Counted from the first letter of the stretch, positions 1-9,904 are shown. The stretch is 34,884 nt of DNA from a virus (IMGVR_UViG_3300016667_000907:1-34884); one strand, 5' to 3'. The notes: generated by a model not told the origin, from the letters alone. Translations and numbers: made by a program.

Positions 1-2
1 TC

Positions 3-1568
3 ACAGCTTCCGGCTTCTATGGGTCGTATGTCGACCTAGAAGGATCAGCTCGCTCAGAAACAGAACTAGTAACTCGATATAGAGATATCGCTACTCAAGC
101 AGAAATTGAGATGGCTATCGACGAGGTTACTAATGAAGCTATTACATCTCCTGCGGATAATAGAATTGTCAGTATTGTTCTCGATGATGTCGAAGCTAGT
201 GACAGTGTTAAGGCTAAGATTGAGGATGAATTTGAGAACGTACTTAAGCTTCTTCGATTTAATTATAAAGCATATGAGATTTTCCGCCAATGGTATATCG
301 ATGGGCGTCTATTCTATCACGCTATCGTTGATGAGAAGGATGTTAAAGCTGGTATTAAAGAGCTTCGATATATTGATCCCCGCTTTATCAAGAAGGTAAA
401 AGAAGTACAGCCACCTCGCACTATCGAGCGTATGGGGGATGAAGAAGTAAAGGGTGTAACCACCAAGGAGTATTTCATTTACTCTAATAAGGGTTTTGAC
501 ACCAAGGGATATAACCCCAGACAAGCTCTAAGAATTGCTAAAGATAGTATCGTTTATACCACATCCGGTCTAATGGACTCTACTGGCCAGATGGTGCTAT
601 CGTATCTGCATAAGGCTATTAAGCCTCTCAATCAGCTTCGTATCATGGAAGATGCTACGGTTATTTACCGCATCTCTCGTGCACCAGAACGTCGAATCTT
701 TTACATCGATGTCGGTAATCTACCCACCATGAAGGCTGAGCAGTATCTACGAGATATGATGGTTAAGCATAAGAACCGTCTTGTATATAATGCCAGTACT
801 GGCGAGATTCGTGACGACCGTAAGATGATGACTATGATCGAGGACTACTGGATTCCTCGTCGCGAGGGTGGTCGCGGCACTCAGATTGAAACTCTCAAGG
901 GTGGTGAAAATCTAGGTAAGATGGAAGACGTCGAGTACTTCCAGAAGCGACTATATCAAGCGCTTAATATTCCTGTGGACCGCCTAGTACAAGATACTCC
1001 ATTCTCTGCGGGCAACACCAACGAAATTACTCGTGATGAGCTTAAGTTCTTCAAGTACATTCAGAGGCTACGTCTACGCTTTTCTGGACTATTCATCAAT
1101 GTACTGGAGAAGCAACTAATCCTCAAGAACATCATCACATATGATGATTGGGTTGCTATTAGAGACGCTATTCGCTTTCAGTACGCTACAGATAACCACT
1201 TCTCTGAACTACTATCGGCTCAAATTCTCAAAGAGCGCGTCAATACCGCTAATATGCTTGATCCTCTGGTGGGCCGTTTCTTCTCTGAAGATTATGTTAA
1301 GCGTCATGTTCTCATGCAGACTGATGAGGATATCGAGCAGATGGCTCAAGAGATGGAGCAGGAAGTTGAGATTGTTGCTCAGCGTCGTATTCAGCAGGCT
1401 ACTATCGATGGTCAGGTACAGGCCGCACAGCAGATTGCCGCGGCGGCTGGAGATCAGCAGGCTGCGCAGGGTGATCAGCAACAAGAAGGTGATCAGCAGC
1501 AGGCGGGTGAAGTGGAAGATCCAAGTGCTGGCGGCGACGATCTACCCCCGTTTCTACGTAGACAATAA
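3..1568 (+). CDS. gp20: Portal vertex protein (T4 gp20-like), 5'-truncated by the window edge
   Basis: Frame is open from position 3 (TASGFYGSYVDLEG...). Conserved gp20 motifs WYIDGR, YLHKAIKPLNQLR, RAPERRIFYIDVGNLP, EDYWIPRREGGRGT. Q-rich acidic tail. Confidence 0.97.
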   Translation, partial: TASGFYGSYVDLEGSARSETELVTRYRDIATQAEIEMAIDEVTNEAITSPADNRIVSIVLDDVEASDSVKAKIEDEFENVLKLLRFNYKAYEIFRQWYIDGRLFYHAIVDEKDVKAGIKELRYIDPRFIKKVKEVQPPRTIERMGDEEVKGVTTKEYFIYSNKGFDTKGYNPRQALRIAKDSIVYTTSGLMDSTGQMVLSYLHKAIKPLNQLRIMEDATVIYRISRAPERRIFYIDVGNLPTMKAEQYLRDMMVKHKNRLVYNASTGEIRDDRKMMTMIEDYWIPRREGGRGTQIETLKGGENLGKMEDVEYFQKRLYQALNIPVDRLVQDTPFSAGNTNEITRDELKFFKYIQRLRLRFSGLFINVLEKQLILKNIITYDDWVAIRDAIRFQYATDNHFSELLSAQILKERVNTANMLDPLVGRFFSEDYVKRHVLMQTDEDIEQMAQEMEQEVEIVAQRRIQQATIDGQVQAAQQIAAAAGDQQAAQGDQQQEGDQQQAGEVEDPSAGGDDLPPFLRRQ

Positions 1569-1593
1569 ATAGACTAAATATAGGAGAAGCCCC

Positions 1594-1812
1594 GTGAACC
1601 CAACACCAGCAGACGTGATCGATCTAGTCACTACAAGGGATGCTGCTACGTTTGTAGATGCTGTCAATAGTATTCTCAACAGAAAGGCTGCTGAGAGTAT
1701 CAGTAATATGCGACAGGAAGTAGCACAGAATATTATTACCCCTGCTGAAGATCGTGATGATACCGTTGATCAAGACGAAGAAGCAGAGGACGACACAGAT
1801 GAAAACGTTTAA
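1594..1812 (+). CDS. Small acidic prohead core protein (gp67-like by position)
   Basis: GTG start with GGAG RBS, late-promoter-like AATAAATA/ACTAAATA upstream, acidic C-terminus, position directly after the portal gene. Confidence 0.6.
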   Translation: MNPTPADVIDLVTTRDAATFVDAVNSILNRKAAESISNMRQEVAQNIITPAEDRDDTVDQDEEAEDDTDENV

Positions 1813-2335
1813 GTCTCTAGTTAACGAGATTTACGAGCCAAATACACCTGATACTGGCAAGTTTATTAACATGCACACTATCAGAACATTTGACTATCCG
1901 GTAAAGAATGATCACGGACTACCTTTCCGTGATGATCGAATCAAGGCTCCTGGGCCTCAGCATAAGAAGCCAGCCACATATGAGCCTCCTCATGAGCCTG
2001 CACGGGTTTATAAGAGCGCTAATGAACTTAAGCTTCGCAATGAAAATGTTGAACTTCGCAAGCAGCTCGGTCTAAATCCGAACGAGCAGGAACTATTCGA
2101 AGTATCAGACATCATGTCTCTTCTTCAGGTAGTATCTGATTATAATCATCCCACCCAGATCTTCTTCGAAGATAATGATCCTATTACTATCGATAAGGAT
2201 CTAGCTGACCTTCTACTAAACGCATATGGCACTCTTGACGAAGATAGTCAAGATAAGTTCGAGCGCGCTCTAGTAGATTCCGAGAGTGGATTTGAGTATT
2301 GCGTTAATTTTAGCGCAGAAGGAATTGAGCAGTAA
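1799..2335 (+). CDS. Prohead core/internal head protein with capsid-targeting-like N-terminus
   Basis: Start reassigned to ATG 1799 (GAGG RBS). N-terminus MKTFKSLVNE resembles the T4 capsid targeting sequence MKTYQEFIAE. Confidence 0.6.
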   Translation: MKTFKSLVNEIYEPNTPDTGKFINMHTIRTFDYPVKNDHGLPFRDDRIKAPGPQHKKPATYEPPHEPARVYKSANELKLRNENVELRKQLGLNPNEQELFEVSDIMSLLQVVSDYNHPTQIFFEDNDPITIDKDLADLLLNAYGTLDEDSQDKFERALVDSESGFEYCVNFSAEGIEQ

Positions 2336-2733
2336 TGGCACAGGTATATGCTAACGGTACATTTGTACCCTCTAATAAGTCCATTTTCGAAGTAGTAGTG
2401 CTTGGAGCTGCTAATGGTGCTCCAATCTCTAGCTCTACTCCACTAACAGTCGTGCCAAAGCTATCTCTTGGTGGTAATCTATCACTTACTACTAATACAG
2501 CCAATGGTTCTACCTATACATCATTTGCAAATCAGGCCTGTGCTCAGCTAACTGTCAGCAACGATTCTACCGTCAATCTAGATGTTCAACAGGACGGAGC
2601 CGGTGCGGCATTTAAGGTACAAGCCGGCACATACTATACGTTTTTTGGCATCACCAACGCTAATCAGATCGGTGTTCGTAGATCGGACGTTGCAAATACA
2701 TCGACTACTGTTACAGCACGCTGGGAATCGTAA
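2335..2733 (+). CDS. Putative beta-rich virion structural protein
   Basis: TAATG-coupled to neighbours, rich in T/S/N/A/V, located in the head cluster. Confidence 0.6.
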   Translation: MAQVYANGTFVPSNKSIFEVVVLGAANGAPISSSTPLTVVPKLSLGGNLSLTTNTANGSTYTSFANQACAQLTVSNDSTVNLDVQQDGAGAAFKVQAGTYYTFFGITNANQIGVRRSDVANTSTTVTARWES

Positions 2734-4490
2734 TGACTCGATTACTATCACGCAGCAACAACGGTAAAGTATTTAATACATTTACACCAGGACGTTTGTT
2801 TGGCGCTGGTGAAGTTGGTGTGTGGTATGACCCGTCCGACCTGACGACGCTGTATCAGGACACGGCTGGCACTACGCCAGTGACGGCTGCCGGGCAGACG
2901 GTCGCGCTGATGCTGGATAAGTCGCGCGGGCTGGTGCTTGGCAGCGAGCTGGTCAGCAATGGCGACTTCGCCAACGGCAGCACGGGATGGACGCTGGACC
3001 CTAGTTGGTCGGTGTCTGGTGGTGCTGCATCGACCAACTCCACGGGGGTAATCAGCCAAGCGGTTGCTGGCGCACCTCGCTGGCTTCGGGTGCAGTTCGA
3101 TATCCTGGCTATTTCCGGGGCTATTGCGGCGAACTACGGCCAGACGAACTGGCTGCACAACTCACAAGGCCCAATATACAACAGCACGGGCACCAAGGTC
3201 AGCTACATCCAGATCAATCCATCTGCGTCGTCTGGCTCAATGCAAGTGTATTTCCAGACGTTCAGCGCGGGCCAGACCGCCACCATCGACAACATCTCCG
3301 TCCGCGAGCTTCCCGGCAACCACGCCACGCAGGCCACCGCCGCGTCTCGGCCGACCTACGGCGTCGTGCCGCTGGGCGGGCGGCGGAACCTGCTGACCTA
3401 TACCGAGCAGTTCGACAACGCGGCATGGGCCAAGGATGGTCTGACCGTCACTCAGGTGTCCGGGGCAGAGTGGTCGCTTGTGGAGGGGACCAACACAACC
3501 CGCAAGAGCATTCAAGCCGTCAGCATCGGCCTGTTAAATGGCCGACTTTCAGTCGAGGCCAAGCCAAACGGCCGAAATTTCATTGCCATAGGATCAACGA
3601 ACGGCGCTGGTATCTGGTCGGTCTACTTGTTCAACATCGCCACCGGGACGGCAGTCGGAGGCTATCAAGCCTCCGGGGTGGCGATACCAACGAACCCGAC
3701 GATCACGTCCGTTGGGGACGGCTGGTATCGCGTTGGAGTCACACTGCAAACTGCTGAACGCCCCGTAATAATGATCGGCAACGGTGGTGATCCGATTTTT
3801 GAGGGTTACACAGGCAACGGCACATCCGGCGTCCGCATCCGTCGCCCACAACTCGAAAGCGGCAGCACCGCCACCGCCTACCAGCGCGTCGTCTCGCAGT
3901 ATGATGTGACCGAGGCGGGCGTGCAGAGCCTGTCCTACCTGTCGTTCGACGGCGTGGATGACCGCATGGCCACGAGCATAGCGGTCAACTTCAGCGCCAC
4001 TGACAAGATGACGGTGTTTGGTGGGGTGCGGAAGATCGGCGCAGGCACCTATGCCTCGCTGATTGATCTGGGTGATAACCCGACTGGTGTTGCTGGTGGG
4101 TTGTCTTTCTACGTCAACGGTGGTGGCGCCAACAATGTGGCAATTGCCAACTACAGTGTTGGCGCTAGGGCCGAGGCCATCTTCTCTCCAGTTAATACCG
4201 GCGCAAACTTGGTCCTCACATCGCAACACGATAGAGGCGGCACCACTGGCGCGCTGAGTGAACTATCCTTGCGCTCTAACGGCGTATCTGTTTCCGGCTG
4301 GCAGGACGGCTCTGCTTCCGGCAGCACGGGCAACTTCGGCTCTTATGTGCTGTATGTCGGCATGAGGACGCGAGGCGACCTGTTCTACAACGGGCAACTT
4401 TACGGCATCATTGTGCGCGGCGCCGCCACTGACACACTCTCAATTCAAAGAACAGAATCTTGGTTAAATAAACGTACGGGTGCTTATTGA
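2733..4490 (+). CDS. Large beta-sandwich virion protein (decoration/fibre, carbohydrate-binding/LamG-like domains)
   Basis: 585 aa, G/S/T/N-rich. Motifs WYDPSDLTTLYQD, ELVSNGDF, IDNISVRE, RRNLLTYTEQFDNAAW, LSFDGVDD are typical of phage adhesin/decoration proteins. Interior is GC-rich. Confidence 0.7.
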   Translation: MTRLLSRSNNGKVFNTFTPGRLFGAGEVGVWYDPSDLTTLYQDTAGTTPVTAAGQTVALMLDKSRGLVLGSELVSNGDFANGSTGWTLDPSWSVSGGAASTNSTGVISQAVAGAPRWLRVQFDILAISGAIAANYGQTNWLHNSQGPIYNSTGTKVSYIQINPSASSGSMQVYFQTFSAGQTATIDNISVRELPGNHATQATAASRPTYGVVPLGGRRNLLTYTEQFDNAAWAKDGLTVTQVSGAEWSLVEGTNTTRKSIQAVSIGLLNGRLSVEAKPNGRNFIAIGSTNGAGIWSVYLFNIATGTAVGGYQASGVAIPTNPTITSVGDGWYRVGVTLQTAERPVIMIGNGGDPIFEGYTGNGTSGVRIRRPQLESGSTATAYQRVVSQYDVTEAGVQSLSYLSFDGVDDRMATSIAVNFSATDKMTVFGGVRKIGAGTYASLIDLGDNPTGVAGGLSFYVNGGGANNVAIANYSVGARAEAIFSPVNTGANLVLTSQHDRGGTTGALSELSLRSNGVSVSGWQDGSASGSTGNFGSYVLYVGMRTRGDLFYNGQLYGIIVRGAATDTLSIQRTESWLNKRTGAY

Positions 4491-4876
4491 TGATTAGAAT
4501 TACTATTGCATGCCCTGCTCAATATATCCAAGATGCCAATCAACTAGCAGCATGTCTAGGATTTTCTATGGCAGATGCTGAGACATATGGCCCAGCTGTA
4601 TGGCAGGACTCAACAGATAACCTATATTCTTGTGCTTCCCTAGACGTATCAGAAGAATGGTTTACTGCAGCCCAACAACCACTAATTAGACCAGACTGGG
4701 ATATAGATAATCAAATCAATATGGATGCCGCATCAAGAGCACAGGCTCTTATTGTTGTATCTCAAGAAACTATACTTGCTACGCCTAGTAAGATTACGGT
4801 TATAGCAGGTATGGAAGGCGTTACGGCTATTCAAATGATGGGTATATCCGCTATAACTCTTGATATTAATAAATAA
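4487..4876 (+). CDS. Hypothetical protein, likely partner of the upstream virion protein
   Basis: Overlapping stop/start coupling with the 585-aa gene; 129 aa. Confidence 0.65.
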   Translation: MMIRITIACPAQYIQDANQLAACLGFSMADAETYGPAVWQDSTDNLYSCASLDVSEEWFTAAQQPLIRPDWDIDNQINMDAASRAQALIVVSQETILATPSKITVIAGMEGVTAIQMMGISAITLDINK

Positions 4877-4904
4877 TTTAATCAAGTATTTTCTGGAAAA
4901 AGAC

Positions 4905-5561
4905 ATGAAACTAATCACAGAGCTTACAGAAGAAGTTAAACTAATTACCGAGATGGAAGAGTCTGGTAAGAAGGGATACTTCATTGAGGGTATTTTTCTT
5001 CAAGGTGATATCAAGAATCGCAATGGTCGCGTATACCCTGTACCTGTACTAGAAAAAGAAGTCTTTCGTTATATGAAAGACAACGTTGAGAAAAATCGCG
5101 CCTACGGCGAGCTGGGGCATCCAGAAGGCCCGGGTATCAATCTCGAGCGCGTATCTCATATGATCAAGTCTCTACGCAAAGACGGTTCCAACTTCATTGG
5201 TAAGGCTAAGATTCTCGAAACACCATATGGGCAAATCGTTCGTAACCTACTATCAGAGGGTGCTAATATTGGTGTATCTTCTCGTGGTATGGGTACGCTG
5301 AAGCCTAATAAGGCTGGCATCATGGAAGTGCAAGATGATTTCCATCTAGCTACAGCAGCTGATATTGTTGCTGATCCATCTGCACCAGATGCTTTTGTAC
5401 GCGGTATTATGGAAAACGTCGAGTGGGTGTATGAAGCAGCTACTGGGTCTTGGCGAGCGATGCAGATGGTAGAGAAGGTAAAGAAGGCAGGTAGGATTCT
5501 ATCCGAGGAGCAGAAGCTATCTATCTTTAACAATTTCCTTTCCAATCTAGCAAAAAAATAA
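4905..5561 (+). CDS. gp21: Prohead core protein protease (gp21)
   Basis: MKLITE start; IEGIFLQ, NRNGRVYP, GELGHP, GVSSRGMG, DIVADPSAPDAFV motifs. Confidence 0.96.
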   Translation: MKLITELTEEVKLITEMEESGKKGYFIEGIFLQGDIKNRNGRVYPVPVLEKEVFRYMKDNVEKNRAYGELGHPEGPGINLERVSHMIKSLRKDGSNFIGKAKILETPYGQIVRNLLSEGANIGVSSRGMGTLKPNKAGIMEVQDDFHLATAADIVADPSAPDAFVRGIMENVEWVYEAATGSWRAMQMVEKVKKAGRILSEEQKLSIFNNFLSNLAKK

Positions 5562-5591
5562 ATACTTGAGAATTTTGGAGGTAAAAATTAA

Positions 5592-6590
5592 ATGACTGCA
5601 ACACGAGATCAAGAGAGTGTTTCGGAAGATACTGTAACCGAAGCTACCACAGCCGCGGCTGCTACTCACGCTCCTGACTCCATGACAAAAGCCGGTATGA
5701 TGGCTTCTGTTATGTCTGCTATGAATGGAGCTAAGAAGTCTGATCTAGTCGACTTCTTCAATAAGGCTATGGCTCAGTTTGGACCTAACAATTTCCCGGG
5801 ATCTGATTCTACCAATACATCTGCGCAGAATATGGCTTCTATCAAAGCCAAGGCTTCTGTAAAGGAAGATATTGAGGAAATGTTTGCTAACGATACAGAT
5901 CTTTCTGAGGAGTTCAAGCAGAAGGTAGAGACGGTATTTGAAGCTGCGGTTAACGCCAAGCTTGAACTAGAGCTCGCCCGCCTCGAAGAGGAACATGAAG
6001 TTCAATTCAACAACCTCGTCGAAGAGTATAAGGCTGAACTCGCTGAAAAGGCTGATGAATATCTAACATACGCTGTCGAGCAGTGGGTTGAAGAGAATCG
6101 CTTACAGATCGAAAACGGTCTCAAGCTAGAAATCTTTGAGAGCTTCTTCAAGGGTCTTAAGAATCTATTCGTCGAGCACAATGTGAGCATTCCTGATGAG
6201 GAAGTAAGCATTGTCGGTGAGCTAGAGTCAAAGCTTGAAACTCTTGAAGCTCGTGTTAACGAAGAGATCGAAAAGAATATGCGCCTCACCAAGGTAAATG
6301 AGCAGCTCTCTATGGAGCAGATCTTTGCTGAGGCTGCAAACGGGCTCGCTGATACACAAGTAGAAAAGTATCGTACACTCGCTGAGGGTATTTCTTATAC
6401 ATCTCTCGAAGACTACCGTACAAAGCTCGGTGTTGTCAAAGAGACATACTTCTCCAAGAAGTCTTCTAAGGCTGTTTCTGAAGAAGTAGTGGGTATCGAT
6501 ATGTTGAGTGAGGAGAATGATACATCTCCAAAGACTGGCCCCATGGCGGTCTATGCCGATGCTATTTCCAGAACAATCAAAAAAATCTAA
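5592..6590 (+). CDS. gp22: Prohead core scaffold protein (gp22)
   Basis: Acidic coiled coil, LSEEFK..TVFEAAV, YL.YAVEQW.EEN; lies between gp21 and gp23. Confidence 0.92.
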   Translation: MTATRDQESVSEDTVTEATTAAAATHAPDSMTKAGMMASVMSAMNGAKKSDLVDFFNKAMAQFGPNNFPGSDSTNTSAQNMASIKAKASVKEDIEEMFANDTDLSEEFKQKVETVFEAAVNAKLELELARLEEEHEVQFNNLVEEYKAELAEKADEYLTYAVEQWVEENRLQIENGLKLEIFESFFKGLKNLFVEHNVSIPDEEVSIVGELESKLETLEARVNEEIEKNMRLTKVNEQLSMEQIFAEAANGLADTQVEKYRTLAEGISYTSLEDYRTKLGVVKETYFSKKSSKAVSEEVVGIDMLSEENDTSPKTGPMAVYADAISRTIKKI

Positions 6591-6592
6591 TT

Positions 6593-6600
6593 TATAAATA
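6593..6600 (+). promoter_or_regulatory. T4-type late promoter TATAAATA
   Basis: Exact gp55 consensus upstream of the major capsid gene. Variants at 1564, 1573, 4868, 5557 and 8024. Confidence 0.85.
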
Positions 6601-6627
6601 AGTTTAAATCTAAAGGAGACAGATTAA

Positions 6628-7962
6628 ATGACTTCATACCTCAGTGAAGAAGTACTAAAGAAGTGGCAGCCAATCCTAGAGCACAACGCTCTACCCAAGA
6701 TTGACGGTCACCGTAAGTCCGTAACCGCTGTTCTACTTGAGAACACAGAGAAGGCTCTTCGTGAGACTCGCGGTCATGCCCCTACCTCTCTTCTAGAAGC
6801 TGGTGTACCTGCTAACCAGACAGGTAGCGCGATCGACAACTACGATCCAGTACTAATTTCGCTAGTACGCCGCACAATGCCAAACCTAATTGCGTACGAT
6901 GTCTGCGGCGTTCAGCCAATGACTGGCCCAACTGGCCTAATCTTCGCGATGCGTTCTCGTTACGGCTCACAGACTGGTGACGAAGCATTCTACAATGAGG
7001 CTAACACTGGCTTCTCCGGTCAGGGTTACATGGGCGTTGCTAATACTAACCTCGGTCTCGCCAATGGTAACGTTGGTAATGCCGGTGCTCCAACAGGCAA
7101 CAGCGCCACATTTAACTTCGGCGGTGGTGCTTCTACTTCCAAGCTAGAACAGCTCGGTGCTACTGGTAATACAGCCTTCGCTGAAATGGCTTTCTCCATT
7201 GAGAAGGTTACTGTAACAGCTAAGGGTCGCGCTCTAAAGGCTGAATACTCTCTAGAACTAGCTCAGGATCTAAAGGCTATTCACGGTCTAGATGCTGAGA
7301 CAGAACTCGCTAATATTCTCTCCACAGAGATTATGGCTGAGATCAACCGCGAAGTTGTTCGAACAATCAATCTAACAGCTGTGCGTGGCGCCAACTCCAA
7401 CGTTACAACTGCTGGTGTATTTGACCTTGACACTGATTCCAACGGTCGTTGGATGGTTGAGAAGTTCAAGGGTCTAATGTTCCAGATTGAACGTGAATGC
7501 AACCAGATTGCCAAGGACACCCGTCGCGGTAAGGGTAATATTCTACTATGCTCCTCTGACGTAGCTTCTGCTCTTCAGATGGCTGGTGTACTAGATTATA
7601 CTCCTGCTCTAAACTCCAACAACCTACAGGTTGATGATACCGGCAATACTTTCGCTGGTGTACTAAACGGTCGCGTTCGCGTCTACATCGATCCATATGC
7701 CACAGCCGGTAACTACATGACTGTTGGTTATAAGGGTTCTAGCGCTTTCGACGCCGGTCTATTCTACTGCCCATATGTACCACTACAGATGGTACGTGCG
7801 GTTGGTGAGGACAACTTCCAGCCTCGCATTGGCTTCAAGACCCGTTACGGAATGGCTCCAAACCCATTCGCTAAGGGTACCGTTGACGCTGACGCCAACG
7901 CTGCAATCGAGCAGAATTCTAACCTATACTATCGCAGAATTCTCGTCTCCAACCTAATGTAA
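6628..7962 (+). CDS. gp23: Major capsid protein (gp23)
   Basis: DPVLISLVRR, GVQPMTGPTGLIFAMR, LKAEYSLELAQDLKAIHGLDAE, YCPYVPLQM, QPRIGFKTRYG. Confidence 0.99.
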   Translation: MTSYLSEEVLKKWQPILEHNALPKIDGHRKSVTAVLLENTEKALRETRGHAPTSLLEAGVPANQTGSAIDNYDPVLISLVRRTMPNLIAYDVCGVQPMTGPTGLIFAMRSRYGSQTGDEAFYNEANTGFSGQGYMGVANTNLGLANGNVGNAGAPTGNSATFNFGGGASTSKLEQLGATGNTAFAEMAFSIEKVTVTAKGRALKAEYSLELAQDLKAIHGLDAETELANILSTEIMAEINREVVRTINLTAVRGANSNVTTAGVFDLDTDSNGRWMVEKFKGLMFQIERECNQIAKDTRRGKGNILLCSSDVASALQMAGVLDYTPALNSNNLQVDDTGNTFAGVLNGRVRVYIDPYATAGNYMTVGYKGSSAFDAGLFYCPYVPLQMVRAVGEDNFQPRIGFKTRYGMAPNPFAKGTVDADANAAIEQNSNLYYRRILVSNLM

Positions 7963-7991
7963 TAAGATTCCGGTCAACGGAACATTTACTC

Positions 7992-8021
7992 AAAGGGGGC
8001 TTCGGCCCCCTTTCCTTATTT
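7992..8021 (+). terminator. Rho-independent terminator with cUUCGg tetraloop
   Basis: AAAGGGGGC-TTCG-GCCCCCTTT followed by a T-rich tail, directly after gp23. Confidence 0.92.
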
Positions 8022-8041
8022 CTACTAAATAAAAATGAGAG

Positions 8042-8569
8042 GTGAATATGGCAAATGCATCACTACCGCTAAACAAGAATTTCCTTACGCAAGTCGGGTT
8101 TCAGTTTTCCATTAAGAAGCTCCCCAACGTTAATTTCTTTGTGCAGTCTGTAAATCTACCTGGTGTTGAGATGGGTAACCCCTATCAAGATACTCCTTTC
8201 ATTAATATTCCTATACCGGGCGACCATGTAAAATACAATGACTTAACCGTGACGTTTAAGGTGGATGAGGACTTGAGTAACTATATTCAGATTAGTGACT
8301 GGATACTAGGACTGGGCTTTCCTGATCGATTTGATCAATATAAACAACTCAAAGAAAAAAATCAAGGCACTGGTGAAGGATTACTATCAGATGCTTCGTT
8401 AATACTGACGACTAGTGCTCGCAATCCATCTATTGAAGTTCAGTTTCTGGATGTGTTTCCACGATCATTGACCGATCTACTATTTTCATCACAGGATGCT
8501 ACACTGGAGTATATCTCCGCTACAGCAACATTTAAATACCGGAGACACATCATTAAACGCTTGACATAG
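8042..8569 (+). CDS. gp3: Tail completion/tube terminator protein (gp3-like)
   Basis: NFL..GFQFSI.KLP.V.FF.Q..NLPG, L.VTF.VDEDL.NY, FP.SL motifs; synteny with T4-like phages. Confidence 0.85.
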   Translation: MNMANASLPLNKNFLTQVGFQFSIKKLPNVNFFVQSVNLPGVEMGNPYQDTPFINIPIPGDHVKYNDLTVTFKVDEDLSNYIQISDWILGLGFPDRFDQYKQLKEKNQGTGEGLLSDASLILTTSARNPSIEVQFLDVFPRSLTDLLFSSQDATLEYISATATFKYRRHIIKRLT

Positions 8570-8589
8570 TCACCGACCTGGTATATAAT
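8561..8589 (+). promoter_or_regulatory. Consensus sigma70 promoter for uvsY
   Basis: TTGACA (8561-8566), 17 bp spacer, TATAAT (8584-8589). Confidence 0.85.
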
Positions 8590-8622
8590 AACTATGTTGC
8601 ATTGATATAATAGGTATTGAAT

Positions 8623-9057
8623 ATGAAGCTTGAAGATATACTGAATGAATGGGATAGAGACTGTAACATCGATAGACTAGAGATTAGTAACGAGAGTCTA
8701 GACATATCGAAGTTACATAACAAGTATCTAAGAATAATGACCGCTGAAAGCGTACTGCTTCGCAGTACTACACAAGAGTATAATCGATTATACAAGCTTA
8801 AATGGGAATATTACCTGGGTCATCTGGATGATGATATACTCAAGGAGTATAACTGGGAACCTAATAGACTAAAGATTCTCAGACAAGACGTAAGCATATA
8901 CCTAGACAGTGACTCGGATTTACAGAAACTTAAGTCTAGACAAGACCTACAAAAAGAGAAGATTGCTGTACTAGACTCCATCATGAAATCGATATCCAAT
9001 AGAGGGTTTCAAATCAAGAACTACATTGAATATGAAAAGTTTCGTGTTGGAGCATAG
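8623..9057 (+). CDS. uvsY: UvsY recombination mediator
   Basis: W..D..ID...L, LH.KYL, KWEYY.G, I..RGFQIKN.IE..KF..G; directly upstream of uvsW. Confidence 0.9.
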   Translation: MKLEDILNEWDRDCNIDRLEISNESLDISKLHNKYLRIMTAESVLLRSTTQEYNRLYKLKWEYYLGHLDDDILKEYNWEPNRLKILRQDVSIYLDSDSDLQKLKSRQDLQKEKIAVLDSIMKSISNRGFQIKNYIEYEKFRVGA

Positions 9058-9079
9058 CCTTAACCTATAAACGCAGTAT

Positions 9080-9153
9080 CACCCGAGTATCTTACAAATA
9101 TATAAACATAGCTGGTGAACATCAGTATGTCATATTTGTAAGATACACGGGTG
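9080..9153 (+). promoter_or_regulatory. 22-bp stem hairpin covering the uvsW RBS, with late promoter-like TATAAACA
   Basis: Arms 9080-9101 and 9132-9153 pair with 1 mismatch. TATAAACA at 9101-9108; start codon at 9158. Confidence 0.8.
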
Positions 9154-9157
9154 CATA

Positions 9158-9904
9158 ATGGATGTATTGACGGTACATAAGATTAATGAAGTCTATTTGA
9201 GAGTAACAAGCGAGCCGCATATAGAACAAGAGCTCTCGGATTACTTCAAATTTGATGTACCACAGGCCAAGTTTATGCCAGCGTTTCGTCGCAAGGCTTG
9301 GTCTGGGTCCATTTTTCTATACTCACTAACAACCAAGACGCTATACTGTGGGCTACTCAAGCATCTCGAGCTCTTTTGTAAAGAAAGAGATATTCGAATC
9401 GAGTATACCGCCGAGATTAAACCACAAGATTTTACAGTAGAAGACGCCAAGAGGTTTATTCAGTTAATAAAGCCTACCCGTGAACCTCGCGATTATCAGA
9501 TAGAAGCATTTGTTAATTGCGTGAGAGAACATAGAGCACTGACTCTATCCCCTACCGGTTCAGGTAAGTCTCTCATCATCTACTTACTTACACGACTTTA
9601 CACCTATAATTCATCCAAACGTAAAGCATTAATCATCGTACCTACACTTGGTCTCGTACATCAAATGGCGGATGATTTTGTCGACTACGGCTGTGATCCT
9701 GACGAAATATACAAGATACATGGTGGTATCGATAAGCTACCTGAGCGTGTAGTAGTAACTCTAGAAAACGGTAAAGAGATTGCCTTTCAGAGCAATCAAT
9801 CTATAAAATTGATAAATAACTATCAGAAACACAAACTAGCAAAAGATCTGATAGAAACTGATGAAATTGACGATCGATGGCTTGCACAATATATGCAAGA
9901 ATAA
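9158..9904 (+). CDS. uvsW: UvsW helicase, N-terminal fragment plus 55-aa Hint-like extension
   Basis: PRDYQ Q-motif, Walker A SPTGSGKS, LIIVPT. UvsW similarity ends near KIHGGIDK (9736). Confidence 0.9.
   Translation: MDVLTVHKINEVYLRVTSEPHIEQELSDYFKFDVPQAKFMPAFRRKAWSGSIFLYSLTTKTLYCGLLKHLELFCKERDIRIEYTAEIKPQDFTVEDAKRFIQLIKPTREPRDYQIEAFVNCVREHRALTLSPTGSGKSLIIYLLTRLYTYNSSKRKALIIVPTLGLVHQMADDFVDYGCDPDEIYKIHGGIDKLPERVVVTLENGKEIAFQSNQSIKLINNYQKHKLAKDLIETDEIDDRWLAQYMQE

Noticed and set aside
1449-1512. GGWGATCAGCAR repeats in the portal tail
   Set aside because: Low-complexity GDQQ coding repeats in a variable C-terminus.
2748-4333. Long alternative-frame and antisense ORFs inside the 585-aa gene
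   Set aside because: Expected from stop-codon scarcity in GC-rich DNA; no motifs or RBS.
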